64,000 nucleotides of DNA from Octopus vulgaris (GCA_951406725.2 OX597831.1:2914001-2978000); one strand, 5' to 3'. Counted from the first letter of the stretch, positions 12,185 through 25,383 are shown. Numbers and translations are program-made. Notes: a model not told the origin generated them from the sequence alone.

Positions 12185-12578
12185 TCAATAAATGGTGGGG
12201 TTGTGTTGAATAAATGGTGGGGTTGTTTTAAAAAAACTTCTTAAAACATAAATATTCTTGACAAGTCATACAATGACGAAAACCGGTTGAATAAATATAT
12301 ATTTATATATTTTATCATTTTCTCATTTTATTAAAATTTTCTTTCATTTGAGCATTCTGCATTTTTTAAAAAAATTTTTCCTTACTTATATATATATATA
12401 TATACATATATACGACGGGCTTCTTTCAGTTTCCGTCTACCAAATCCACTCACAAGGCTTTGGTCGAACCGAGGCTATAGTAGAAGACACTTGTCCAAAT
12501 GTGCCACGCAGTGGGACTGAACCCGGAACCATGTGGTTGGTAAACAAGCTACTTTCCACACAGCCACTCCTGCGCCTA
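11894..12578 (-). mobile_element. OR2-like SINE split by a ~200 bp insertion in its internal (TA)n
   Basis: 3' half at 11894-12110 and 5' half at 12410-12578. Confidence 0.8.
12182..12388 (+). mobile_element. Penelope-like element terminal fragment with a variant hammerhead
   Basis: Flanked by (TA)n on both sides. Contains TATTC-TTGACAA-GTCAT-ACA-ATGAC-GAAA-ACCGGT-T-GAATA at 12253-12293. Confidence 0.55.
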
Positions 12579-12581
12579 TAC

Positions 12582-12650
<69 letters not shown>

Positions 12651-12652
<2 letters not shown>

Positions 12653-12825
12653 GAACAATTACAGTATTATTATTAATAGGCGCTCAGGAAATGGAAGCAG
12701 GGAGGTATGACGTTTCGAGCGGAGCTCTTCGTCGGAAACATAAAGAAGGAAGAGAGAGGAAAGAAAGATCCCGGAGCGGGCAACGGAGATAGAGAAAAAA
12801 ACGACTGGTGTTAGGAGTAGCACAT
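12651..12825 (-). mobile_element. Penelope-like element fragment with hammerhead-like motif
   Basis: Minus strand CCGACGA-AGAGC-TCC-GCTC-GAAAC-GTC at 12735-12709. Shares CGCTC(A/G)GGAA with the fragments at 11498-11588 and 25766-25943. Confidence 0.55.
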
Positions 12826-12826
12826 G

Positions 12827-13740
12827 AGCCCCTTGTGGGTAGTAAAGAAATAGGTATTTCGTCTGCCGCTACGTTCTGAGTTCAAATTCCGCCGATGTCG
12901 ACTTTGCCTTACGCACTGGGGTCGATATAATCGACTTAATCCGTTTGTCTGTCCTTGTTTGTCCTCTCTGTGTTTAGCCCTTTGAGGGTGTCAGCATCAT
13001 GATCGTAAGATTGTGGTTTCAATTCTTGGACCGGGCGACGCGTTGTGCTCTTGAGCACTCTCTGACATTCACCATTACTGTTATTGAGGAGAGAACGTTC
13101 TTTCAAAAGCTGGAACAATGTGTTCATCTGGTTAATTACCAACAAAGTATGTTCAAGGTCTGCGATTCATCTTGATCCTAGAAAAGTCGATGGATCTGGT
13201 TTTTTTTTCATGATAATCTTGTAGGAGGAATTAATCTCAGTATCATTGTAAGCTAACGAAATGTATGTGCGCGCGTGGTGTACGTACGCAAATGCTTGCC
13301 TGCACGTGTCGTTTTAAATATTTTGATTTTACACCCATTTGTAAGTCTATAAAAATAATAAATAAATGCGCCCTTTCAAAGCCCAGCCAGGCTCATGGGC
13401 CCGGTTTCTATGGCGTATGTGTTCCCCAGCTGGACAGGACGCCAGTCCATCGCAGCGTTACTCATTTTTGCCAGCTGAGTGGACTGGAGCAACGTAAAAT
13501 GAAGTGTTTTGCTCAAGAGCACAACGCGTCGCCCGGTCCAAGAATTGAAACCACAATCTTACGATCATGATGCTGACGCCCTCAAAGGGCTAAACACAGA
13601 GAGGACAAACAAGGACAGACAAACGGATTAAGTCGATTATATCGACCCCAGTGCGTAAGGCAAAGTCGACATCGGCGGAATTTGAACTCAGAACGTAGCG
13701 GCAGACGAAATACCTATTTCTTTACTACCCACAAGGGGCT
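12827..13740. repeat. 231-bp near-perfect inverted repeat (arms 12827-13057 and 13510-13740) made of two fused SINE fragments
   Basis: The arms are reverse complements with one mismatch seen, and share the same internal deletion and SINE-SINE junction. Confidence 0.9.
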
Positions 13741-14409
13741 AAACACAGAGAAGACAAACAAGGACATACAAACGGATTAAGTCGATTACATCGACCCAAT
13801 GCGTAACTGGTACTTAATTTATCGATCCCGAAAGGATGAAAGGCAAAGTCGACCCTGGCGGAATTTGAACTCAGAACGTAACGGCAGACGAAATGCCGCT
13901 AAGTATTTCGCCCGGCATGCTAACGTTTCTGCCAGCTCGCCGCTGTCAGCTTATTGCCTTAGTAAGATTAATATAATACTTTTTTTTTATCCAGAATTCT
14001 CTGCTTATTTTACTGTTACCCTCAAGTTTTCTAATAAAGAAAAAACCTTCATCTGATTTTCTTAGCAGTAAAGGTGCGCAATATTCCATGGAGTACATCC
14101 TTCGTCATCAAAGAGGGAATATTTTTCCAAGGAGCTACTTTCCATCTATCGTGATACTACTTACATGATGAAGATAGACTTGATCCTTAGAAACACTTCG
14201 GTGCTTATTGGTTAATAGATAATATCGAAGGAATATAACGCTGCTTGAATCGATATTAAACCTCTGGTTCCATGTTTTCATTTTAGGTGAGGATGGTCGA
14301 TATCATTATTGATGTGGAAATTTCTGTTTGATAGCACCTAGTAGATTTCGAGCCTGAACATCAATGACTCAGATTTCATCCAGCACCTAACAGAGTAGCG
14401 AAGTATCGC

Positions 14410-14586
14410 TTTCAAATTTTGGCACAATGCCAGCAATTTCATCGCCTCCCCAATACTCAACTGGTACTTATTTTATCAACCTCCACAAGGATGAAAGGCA
14501 AAGTTGACTACGGTAGCATTTGAACTCAGAACATAAAGAGGAACGAAATGCCTATTTTTTTACTGCCCACAAGGGGCTACACACAG

Positions 14587-14619
<33 letters not shown>

Positions 14620-15130
14620 ATTTGGCTCAAAAGCAAATAGCAAGGCCATGTAGGGGGACATGGAGTTAAGTACAGGGTGGTGTTCATGTAAAGAGTTCAG
14701 GCCACTTGAGGTCCAGGGAGGCTTTGAACAAAGCGGTCGTCGGCATCTTCACCATCTCGTCTGGCAGAGGGGACAAACAAGGACAGACAAACGGATTAAG
14801 TCGATTACATTGACTCCAGTGTGCAACTGGTACTTAATTCATTGACCCCGAAAGGATGAAGGGCAAAGTCGACCTCGACGGAATTTGAACTCAGAACATA
14901 AAGAGGGACGAAATACATATTTCTTTATTGCCCACAAGGGGCTACACACGGAGGGAACAAACAAGGACAGACAAACGGATTAAGTCGATTACATCGACCC
15001 CAGTGTGCAACTGGTACTTAATTCATTGACCCCGAAAGGATGAAAGGCAAAGTAGACCTCGGCGGAATTTGAACTCAGAACGTAGCGGCATTTTCCCCGG
15101 CGTGATAACGATTCTGCCAATTCGCCGCCT
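14410..15130 (-). mobile_element. Head-to-tail array of about three Meta-domain SINE units
   Basis: Repeated ACAAGGACAGACAAACGGATTAAGTCGATTACAT...GAAAGGATGAA.GGCAAAGT.GAC units. Confidence 0.8.
14588..14767 (-). mobile_element. CR1-group LINE 3' end with (TAAC)n tail, nested in a SINE
   Basis: Minus strand translates LPDEMVKMPTTALFKASLDLKWPELFT*, matching the LPxEVVxxxxxxxFKxxLDxxW ORF2 terminus. The host SINE resumes on both sides (CAGAG repeated). Confidence 0.7.
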
Positions 15131-15404
15131 TATACAGTAGCTAAGTATTGATGTAGTGTATGCAGAGGGCTCTGGTGGCTTCGTTATTTTTCATCCGGCT
15201 GTAACATCCTCTCGTTACGTGTTATCAGAGGATATTATCAGAGTATTATATTATCAGAGGATATATTTTCATCAAGCTCTAGGTGCCTAAAGCATTTTTG
15301 TCGGATACTGAAAGAATAATCGCACCATAATTAAAGATGATGCTAGATTGGTCGGTAGTTTTTTTCTTTTCTTTCTCGTTTAACAATCAGGACCTAATCT
15401 TTTA

Positions 15405-15840
15405 TTTTTTGTTTGTTTCGGTCATTAGACTGCGACCAAGCTGGGGCACCGTCTTGAAGAATTTTTTAATCGAATGAATCGACCTCAGTACTTATTTTCT
15501 TTTTTTAAAGCCTGGTGCTTATTCTATCGATCACTTACTCGAACCGCTAAGTTACGGGAATATAAACACACCAACGCCGGTTGTCAAGCTCTGATTGAGG
15601 ACAAACACAGGCACAAACATACACGCATGCGCGCGCACACACACACACACACATACGCACACACACATATATACAACAAGCTTCTTTCTGTTTCCATCTA
15701 CCAAATCCAAAATCCACTCACAAGGTTTTGGTCGTCCCGAGGCTATAGCAGAAGACACTTGTCCAAGATGCCACACAGTGAGACCGAACCCGGAACCATG
15801 ATGTTGGGAAGCAAGCTTCTCACTTCACAGCCACACTTAT
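15405..15840 (-). mobile_element. Older OR2-like SINE
   Basis: Diverged copy of the 1861-2270 family. Confidence 0.75.
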
Positions 15841-17021
15841 TTGAAACCGATACTTTGCTACTCTGTTAGGCACTGGATGAAATCCGAGCCATTGGTCACA
15901 CTTATCCTTTGAGAATGTCGTGAACCATTCATTCACACCATTTACATTTTTATGATAAGATATTTCGTGTGCGCTAATCACATACTCTTCAGATTTCCTT
16001 GACAAAAATGGTAAAAGGTTCCCTGAAACTCTAAACAGAATCACTAGGAGATTGTTTCATTCCTGTCTGTTATAGGTACAAGTCGGGATCAGTCGATTAC
16101 ATCGCCCCTATTGTACGTTGTTCATCTGGTATTTTATTTTATCGATCCCGAAAGGATGAAAGCCAAAGCTGACTTCGGAGGAAATTGAACTTAGCACGTA
16201 ATAAATATACATCAGCAACAGAGACAGTATTAATACGAAGAGGTAATATTTAGCCCCACTTAAAAGTGGATGTTCTATTAGAACAAATTATACTGTAGTA
16301 GATACTATGAGAGAACCTCTCTCATTTTTTGGTGCAAATGCACTCTTGTGTATATCGCTAGCGGGGAGATAAATGCCTGCCATCCCCATCGCTGAGGCCA
16401 CCAGTTCACGTCATTCCGACCTTCCATGGTCTCGTCAATGATGGACGCTCGACCAGTAGAACGTAATGTCGGAAGAAATAACGTTTAGCATTTTGTCCGG
16501 TGTACTAACGATTGTGTCTCAATCAATTAAATATATTTCGATAGTACGCATTTCTTACTTTTTAATGAATGAATGAATGAATTTATTTATTTATTTATTT
16601 GAAAATCTTCGAGTAAAGAAGGAATTGGTTTCTAACAAAGAAACAAAACTCCGTCACTGATGTCAATATTGCAACAACGATAAAGAGTTACAAGCCGAAC
16701 TTTAGTAAAAACCCTCCATATTTTTACTGAACCATTTACAGGTTGTATTAGCAAACTGTATGGCAGTTAATCATTTTCTTTCTTTGAAAACCCCAGCTTT
16801 TCACGACTACTACGAAGGCACTTCGTAACATAACGAAGTGCAACATCTAAGTACACATATAAATATAGGTACACATATAAATGTATAATCTGGGTTGAGA
16901 AACTGCAGGTTTCGAAATAGTTTTTATAAAATTATTTATCTATTTATTTATTTTACTTGTTTTATACCATGTGTGTGTGTGTATACATATATCCATATAT
17001 ACACATGTATGTATGTATATG

Positions 17022-17081
<60 letters not shown>

Positions 17082-17707
17082 TCTTCCTCGCTGATTTAGA
17101 AGGAAATGTTCACATCTGCAGGGCAGCTGACTTCTATAACTGTACATAATATTTTCTTTTCTTTTGTTTCAGAAAAAAAAAAAAAAGACTGTATCAAGCC
17201 TGTTATATTTTGCATTTAGCGGAAGCTTTAGTTCCACCAATACACCTTGTATTCAAACGTATGGAAGTAACCAACTTCAGGAATATTTTCCAGTGCTTAT
17301 CCTAGAGCAGTTTTTTCCTAATGGATGACATTGTATTTGCTTATGTAACTATATCAACATTCAACATACGGCGTGTATGGGATGTTGCTTATCACGTGTA
17401 TAATATCTTCGGCGGGAAGATGACATAATCGACATACCGTTCGGTGCTGTCTTGCGGTTGTAAGCATTTCACTGCCTCTGTTTCCAAAGTATTTTGTAGG
17501 TTTCTTCTGCTTTTAAGGATCATCCTTCGTTTGAATGCGACTGTATAAGGGCACTCCTTAGTAGGGCTTAGTCGAACAAATCGACTCCAGTACTTATTTT
17601 CTATGGCACTTATTGTATCGTTCTCACTTGCCGAACCGATAAGTTACGGGACGTAAACAAACCAACGCCACTTGTCAAGCGATGCACAAACACACACACA
17701 TACACAC

Positions 17708-17749
<42 letters not shown>

Positions 17750-17834
17750 ATGAAAGAGAGAGAGAGAAAGTGTGTGTATGTGTGTGTGTGTGTGTATTTG
17801 TGTGTGTATGCGTGTGTATTTAATATAGTTTAAT

Positions 17835-18013
17835 TGGTTATGGCTGGTCAGAAAGTTATCATTGGTTTCACGTCTATTATTGCTCTAAACAATATAGGCA
17901 ACATGTTACATCTGCTGGCGGGAGACACAGAACCTCTTAACTAATGGACTGCCATTAGTAAAGAGCAATAATTGACCTGAAACCAATGGTAATTTCCTGA
18001 CCGGCCATAACCA
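17835..18013. repeat. Fold-back element with ~52-bp imperfect arms (probable MITE)
   Basis: TGGTTATGGCTGGTCAGAAAGTTATCATTGGTTTCACGTCTATTATTGCTCT (17835-17886) pairs with 17962-18013. Confidence 0.8.
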
Positions 18014-18574
18014 TGTCCAACGACCACATAAAATATTATTGGTAAAAAAATTGTTTTATTCGGATGTTCCTTTTTTCAAATTTATGAACAACTAACCAAT
18101 ATATATATATATGTATATATATATATATCTATATCTATATATATATAACTCAACTTGTGTGTCTGTGTGTGTATCTGTGTGTGTGTTTGTGTGTTTAACT
18201 TCCCGGTACATTTCCTCCTAGCCAACAAATCGTAGAACCACCAATATGGGTCACTTAAAGTTTAGGCGAATGAAAATTGAACTGCGCTATTTCTGTTCCG
18301 AAATTCATCTCGCAAGTGCAAAAATCGATAATGTGTTTGTTTAGGCCTTATCCCATGCATTGAATAGTGAACTTTACTCAGTCAGCTGTTTGACGTGAAC
18401 TGTGTTCACCACGCGTGCAAGCATGCGTAAATTGTATGAAAAATAAAAAATCAAGATATAAAAACGAATCGCCGTAAACATTGTAGAAATTCAGCAAAGA
18501 AATGAATTTTCGGGATGTAGCCTGGAGGGTTTTTTCGTATTAATCGTTTGGACTTTGTGAACACATACCAATTA

Positions 18575-18944
18575 TCTATATATATAAAGATGAAGTTGTC
18601 TGTGTATGGCAGGTTTGGTAGCCTTCAACTAACACTATCTCCTCCGAGACCCTGCGGCGCAAGTTGACCAAAATTGAGTGTATGATAGAAGAAGGCTTGC
18701 TCTTCCTTCCGTAGAAGAAAAAATTCAAATCGGACCATGTTAACACCAAAAATTATTTACATCAAAAAGGTGCTTTTTTTCTATGAAAATCCCTATTTTT
18801 TTACGATTTTTTGATGGTCGCCATTTTTCGTGTATTTCAACCAGAAAAATGTTCACTTAAAGAGAAAAATAACAAGCTACATAATGCAAAATTTTTACTT
18901 TTCAAAAATTCCAATTCTAAAGCAACGCCGGGTGATACTGCTAG
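18575..18944 (+). mobile_element. Non-autonomous Helitron
   Basis: 5' TCTATATATATAAA, 3' GCAACGCCGGGTGATACTGCTAG. Inserted between A (18574) and T (18945) with no TSD. Confidence 0.8.
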
Positions 18945-19656
18945 TATATATATATATATATAATTGAAATGTTGTATCAATATTCCTTACGGTTTTAAAG
19001 GTGTGGGTACATTCAAGTTCTGATGTGCCTTTCGTATGACTGTCGGGACAATCCTTCTTGCAGACAACATTGAAAGATATTAACTTCCGGACATCTGTGG
19101 GCTGATGATGATGATGATGTAGCTGATATTTTAAACATTAGTCTAACACAATCGACATTTTCTTTCTCATTATGGACGCACCCGTTTCTCTTTTATTGAT
19201 CGGGTATTTAATGGCTACTTGCAGTACTTGAATAGCAAAGGCGTATCCTTCTAGGTGGGATGTGATATGTCTGTTACAAGTGCCCAAGGGAAGCTACTCG
19301 TTCAAACTGTCATGCTTGTAAGATATGTACTCCTGTGTAACTTTGTATAGACATCATGAATCTGTCCTCCAAATTTGTATTTTAAAAGGTCAATCCAGTT
19401 ACGCTTGGGTTACTTGGAACAGCTCTATACCCTGTAAACCTTTTTCCTGTTTAGGAGTTCTGCACTTACTATGACGAGGTTGTTATTTTCACTGCTGTGC
19501 ACACATGCGGTGTATTCATCTCTCTCTTCTCTGTCTGTCTGTCTGTCTGTATGTATGTAGTATGTATGTATGTATGTATGTATGTATGTATGTATGTATG
19601 TATGTATGTATGTATTTATGTATGTATGTATGTATGTATGTATGTATGTATGTATG

Positions 19657-20106
19657 TTGCACATGAGAAAGTAAGGAGGGATGTCGGCAAGGGCATCGCT
19701 GTTACACTTCCAGAAGGGAAGGGTCTTCCTTTGATTCTGATATGCAATGTCTGTGCAAGACCCTGCCTCAGTAAAGCTGGACTCATGAGTCATCTTCGTA
19801 GTCATAAAACGAAACAGATGATTGACAACCTGGCCACTGGTGGTGGTGTAACACACCATACTAATCATATCTGTCGGGCATGTGGAAAAGAGTGTAATTC
19901 GGCAGGAGGACTTAAACGACATGCAAAGGTACATGAAGCCCAGTTACAACTACAGCCGGCTATTACTAGTAAAGGTTTTAGTTGCCAATTTTGTACAAGA
20001 CATTGTAGATCTTTAGCTGGGCTAAAAAGTCACATTTGATCACAGCACCAATAACAGTTAAGCTTCGTGCAATGGCCATACTCGATAACGAGGCGGCAGC
20101 CATAAT
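19657..20106 (+). mobile_element. 5'-truncated RTE-like LINE 3' end with three C2H2 fingers
   Basis: Translates CNVCARPCLSKAGLMSHLRSH, CRACGKECNSAGGLKRHAKVH and CQFCTRHCRSLAGLKSHI*. The premature TGA replaces the CGA seen in the other copy. Flanked by (ATGT)n on both sides. Confidence 0.8.
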
Positions 20107-20407
20107 GTATGTATGTATGTATGTATGTATGTATGTATGTATGTATGTATGTACGAGGGTGTACTGAAAAGTTCCTGGCTTTACCTTACTCTTTTTTACT
20201 CTTTTTACTTTTGACTGTGGCCATGCTGGAGCACCGCCTTTTAGTCGAGCAAATCGAGTCCAGGACTTATTCTTTGTAAGCCTAGTACTCATTCTATCGG
20301 TCTCTTTTACCGTAACACACCAGCATCGGTTGTCAAGCGATATTGGGAAGACAAACACAGACACAAACATATATACATACATACACACACGCACACACTC
20401 ATATATA

Positions 20408-20467
<60 letters not shown>

Positions 20468-20582
20468 GGGAATAAATCCAAACTTACAGGGAAAAATTAG
20501 ATTTAGGATTAAATCCAATTTTATAGTATAAATATATTATATTATATTATATAAAATTAGAGATAAAACCACCATTAGGCAA

Positions 20583-20613
<31 letters not shown>

Positions 20614-21817
20614 TGTATGTATGTATGCGTGAAGGTAGTTACATACGTACGTACGTTTGTATGTATGTATTTATATTACGTGACTTTACTGTTGTATTCA
20701 TAGTTGGTGCTAAAGTTATATGTAGGCATGTTTGGAAGAGTGTAAAAGTCGAGAATAAAAATGGTTTCTAATTTAGGTAGAAAGCCTGCAACTTTTTTGG
20801 GGACGGAAAGTAGTCGATACCATCGAGCTTAGTACTTAACTGGTACTTTATTTTAACAACTGCGGTAGGACAATCGAAGTCGACTTCGACGTGGTTTGAA
20901 CTCAGAATGTAAAGAACCGTAACAAATGCCGCAAGACTTTTTCTTCACGCACTCTAACAATTCTACCATCTAGTCGCGATATTTTCATAATTTTCTAGCT
21001 CTTCTTAAGACAATTCTCGTTCAAATTTCTCAAAAGGTTCTTGCCCATTTCTTTATGATCCTTGATATGATCGAAATATGATATCTAAAATTTGAGTTTA
21101 ATTTGGATTGCTCACACCATCTTACTTTTTTCAGGTCGGTGAGTACGTCATTTTATACTTAGTTACTTCATAACAGTAATAATTTTTAAAATGTAACACT
21201 ACAATCGTATTTAATGTACTTATTATTCGTGATGATGCAGACAAATCTTTTTCCTGCGTTCACTAATGAGTTGCAACGGTCGCCATTTTTTTCTGTCGCG
21301 AAGGAAATACCCAACGAAATACGAAGCACCTAGTGTACGTCTCGCTTGCAATTACAGAAATGTATCTATTAAGATAGATATCTATTAATAGATGTACATA
21401 TACAGTGTGAGATAAACACATAGATATCTAGATGTCGATATATTTAACGCGCGCCTTAATAGATAACTATCTATTAATGCATATATATAGGTTTATATCA
21501 ATATATCAATCTATGTATCTTAAATATATATATAGGAGTGGCTGCGTGGTAATTAGCTAGCTTACGAACCACATGGTTCCGGGTTCAGTCCCACTGCGTG
21601 GCACCTTGGGCAAGTGTCTTCTACTATAGCCTCGGGCCGACCAAAACCTTGTGAGTGGATTTGGTAGACTGAAACTGAAAGAAACCCGTCAGCCGAAATT
21701 GCGAAGATGATCTGGTTCTTGACTGATGACTGAGGGCTTCGAATGTCCCGTCCTGTGGTTCTTGTGTCGTCTCTTTGGTGTTTCATGTTCTTGTCCATGT
21801 CTGTATTTATTTTTTAC

Positions 21818-21892
<75 letters not shown>

Positions 21893-21898
21893 TACATG

Positions 21899-21929
<31 letters not shown>

Positions 21930-22359
21930 GTTTGTATGTATATATACATGTGTGTGTGAGTGTGTGTGCGTGCGCACGTGTCTTTGTGTTGGTGTCTGTC
22001 TTCTCAGTACTGCTTAACAACCGGTGTCGGTGTGTTTACATCCCCACAACTTAGAGGTTCGGAAAAACCTCTGAGAAATCCCTAAGAAATCGACAGTGAC
22101 CAAACCCGGAGAAGGACGAAGGAAAGGCACCAAGTCTAGATGTCCGACACAGGCCGAGTATCTCGAGGTTGTCCCTATGACACCATCATGCATTGAAACC
22201 TCAAAGGAGGAAGGAAATAAGCAGGATTGTCGTTGTTTAAATTCCATAACAGCCCGTCCTGATCGAATACATGTGCGGGCGTTCCAGCTGTGACCATCCT
22301 ATCTTTGAATATATTAGAGACAACTACATTCTCCAATATACAGTATATTTCATTATATA

Positions 22360-23180
22360 AGGAAGCGGCTATTTCGTCTGTCTTTACGTTCTGAGTTTTA
22401 ATTCCGCCAAGGTCAACTCTGCCTTTCATCCTTTTGGGGTCGATAAATCAAGTACCAGTTGCGTACTGGGGTCGATCTAATCGACTGGCCTCCTATCTCA
22501 AAATTTCAGGCCTTGTGCCTAGAGTAGAAATGATTATATAAGGAAGCGAGTTGGCACAATCGTTAGCACGTCAGGCAAAATGTTTAACGGTATTTCGTTC
22601 ATCTTAACGCTTTGAGTTCAAACTCTGCCGAGGTCGACTTTTCCTTTCATCCTTTTGGGGTTGATTAAATACGTACCATCTGAGCACTGAAGCCGATGTA
22701 ATCGACTTACCCCTTCCCCCACTCACAAGGCTTTGGTCAGCCTTAGCCTATAGTAGAAGACACTGCCCAAGGTACCACGCGGTGGAACTGAACCCGGAAC
22801 CATGTGGCCCAAGGTGCCACGCAGTGGAACTGGACCCGGAACCATGTGGTTGGGAAGCACATTTTGGGAGGTCGTTACACTCGGAAGATTTTAATCTTTT
22901 TTTCCGTCACGACTTTCTCTTTTACTCTTTTACTCTTTTACTTGTTTCAGTCATTTGACTTGCGGCCATGCTGGAGCACCGCCTTTAGTCGAGCAAATTG
23001 ACCCCAGGACTTATTTTTGAGCCTAGTACTTATTCTGTCGGGCTCTCTTGCCGAACCGCTAAGTTACGAGGACATAAACCAACCAACACCCGGTTGTCAA
23101 GCGGTGGTGCGGTACAAACATAACACAAACACAAAGAAACACTCACACGCGTGCACCCATACATAGATGTAGTCATATAT

Positions 23181-23220
<40 letters not shown>

Positions 23221-23320
23221 GGGGCTTTTGTCAGTTTCTGTCTACCTAATTCACTCACAAAGCTTTGCTCGGCCCGCGGCTATTGTAGAAGACACTTGCC
23301 CAAGATACCATGTAGTGAGA
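22360..23320. mobile_element. Cluster of Meta-domain SINEs (+) and OR2-like SINE pieces (-)
   Basis: Family cores are recognisable at 22365-22530, 22545-22720, 22720-22860 and 22915-23320. Confidence 0.75.
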
Positions 23321-23399
23321 CAACAACAACAACAACAACGACAACCGGTTACTTTTATGATTTTACTTCGGGTAGTATGTAGTGTACTCTGTATTATAT

Positions 23400-23634
23400 A
23401 GGAGTGGGTCTGCTGGAAAGTTCATGGCTTTAAGGGTGTCGGGTGTCGCGAAAAACCTGGCTGGAGGTCCAACCTTCCGACTTCTTTTACAGGGCTTAGA
23501 AAAACTGAAGGACCACTTGCAATAAGTGTGCGAATCTAAAGGGGGATGGAGAATGTCTTCAATAAAATCGTAATTAACTGCTTTTCCTGTATTTTCTTTT
23601 AACCAAACTCAGGAACCTTTTCAGCACTCCTACG
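23400..23634. mobile_element. mariner-like MITE, diverged
   Basis: Ends resemble CGAGGGGGTACTGAAAAGTTCCTGGCTT. An opposite-orientation copy lies at 57096-57306 and a lone terminus at 20154-20181. Confidence 0.65.
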
Positions 23635-24035
23635 TGGAGTGTTACTTAAATGATTGTTTTAGTGGTTTTTATCTGATTCATGACGAGCCATATCTTAGAA
23701 GTTCCACTGCCAGACAAAAAAAAACAAACAAAAACATTGCCCATGACAGAGCTATAGTTTTTAATGACTCACAGTACAATACGGTATTATGTTTAATAAA
23801 ACAGCATGCAGACGAAAACAAAAATTATGCTAAACTATATGACTCACATTACAAGATTTAAAGCACCGTATTGACTTGTGTAATAGTCGCACCTCTAATT
23901 CAGAGTTGCATCTTGGTACAAATTTATCCCCCTTCATAGCTTCTGTTTTGCCCCGCGTATATTTCACACTCCAGTTTTACCAATATGAAATAAAGTATAA
24001 AATAATATAGCAAATACAGGATTAAATACGATACA

Positions 24036-24650
24036 TAATCACTCACTGACAGTAGAATAATATATATTGACTCACAACGGAATTTATTATTCCATAGACT
24101 GACTCACAATATATTAGGCTATTGCATATTCTGACTCACCGTACAATAAGCTATTGCATACATAGACTCACAATACGGCAGGCTATGCTTATATGACTCA
24201 TAACACAGTAAAATATTTTTGTCTAACGATTCACATTACAATAAGGCTGATGTTTAGTTTTGACTCTATGATTATAATGACTCACTATGCAATAATAGCT
24301 TGAATGACACATAATTGAATAGGCCAGAATAGAACAGTCTTGTGTGTACAATGACTCACAATACTGCAGACTATGGTGTATAATGATTCATAATACTATA
24401 GACAATGGCTGTATTAATTGACGCATAATATAATTGCCTATTGTATATAAAGCCTCACAAAACAATTAACTGTAATGCATAATGTCAACAACAGACCATA
24501 TAATAAACATATATATATATATATATATAATGTACACAATAGGCTACATTAAATAATGATACTATATTTAATAGGTTATAGTATTCACTGAAACAATATA
24601 CAATGCGCAAAAGAATATAGATACGGTTATACAATAGGCTATTGTATATC
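24036..24650 (+). repeat. Degenerate ~32-bp tandem repeat with TGACTCA (AP-1) core
   Basis: TGACTCA or 1-2 mismatch variants at 24068, 24100, 24132, 24164, 24194, 24227, 24261, 24278, 24352, 24384 and 24419. Approximate unit ATGACTCACAATACAATAGGCTATTGCATATA. Confidence 0.8.
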
Positions 24651-25222
24651 ACAATCTCGACGCTGTAATTACACTACGTTATCATCTACAAACGAACCAG
24701 TATAAAATAAGTTTAGATTATGATAATTTCAGAAGGTATGCTATCGACCAGAAATAGGTACTGTATGACATTACGAGTTGCTTCACATATAGTACGAGAT
24801 CAAATTAGAAAACTGTGTTCTATGTATTCTTGTATTGATTACATTTCAGTATAAACTGATGTGTATACAGCTCTCTGTGTAGAGAGAGAGAGAGAAAGAG
24901 AGCAAGCTCGCATACATACGCACGCATACACTATGCCATCAAATTAGAATGTTCTATAGGCCGTATCGATTAAATTGCACTATAAGCTATAGGAAAAATA
25001 CCTTACAGAGAGCTGCTTCACATATATCATGGACTTAAACTAGGACACACTATGCAATAAATAGAATGTACTGGTTACACTTATATACTAGCGGCTATAA
25101 TAGTATAAATATATATATATATATATATAACGTATTATTTCAACAGTGTCAGAAGAGAAAATTTTCTCATTTCTAATTTAACAGTGCGCAGGTAGCGTAT
25201 TTATCGCTTGCTGCCCCTTAGA

Positions 25223-25286
<64 letters not shown>

Positions 25287-25383
25287 CGTGCGTCATTGTA
25301 TGTACATATAGGTGTTAAATATTAGATACGAATTGAATATCAATGTGCGTGTGTGTATGTATGTATGTATGTATGTATGTATG

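Noticed and set aside
19497-20039. Host C2H2 zinc-finger gene
   Set aside because: It lacks TGEKP linkers, has a premature stop, is 5'-truncated into a microsatellite and has a second truncated copy. This fits a LINE ORF terminus.
21721-21750. Hammerhead-like CTGATGA...GAAT-GTC
   Set aside because: The GAAA core is broken and there is no convincing stem II or stem I. At most it is a decayed Penelope fragment.
24036-24460. CRISPR-like repeat/spacer array
   Set aside because: The context is eukaryotic, the conserved core is only ~7 bp, the spacers are related to each other, and there are no cas genes.
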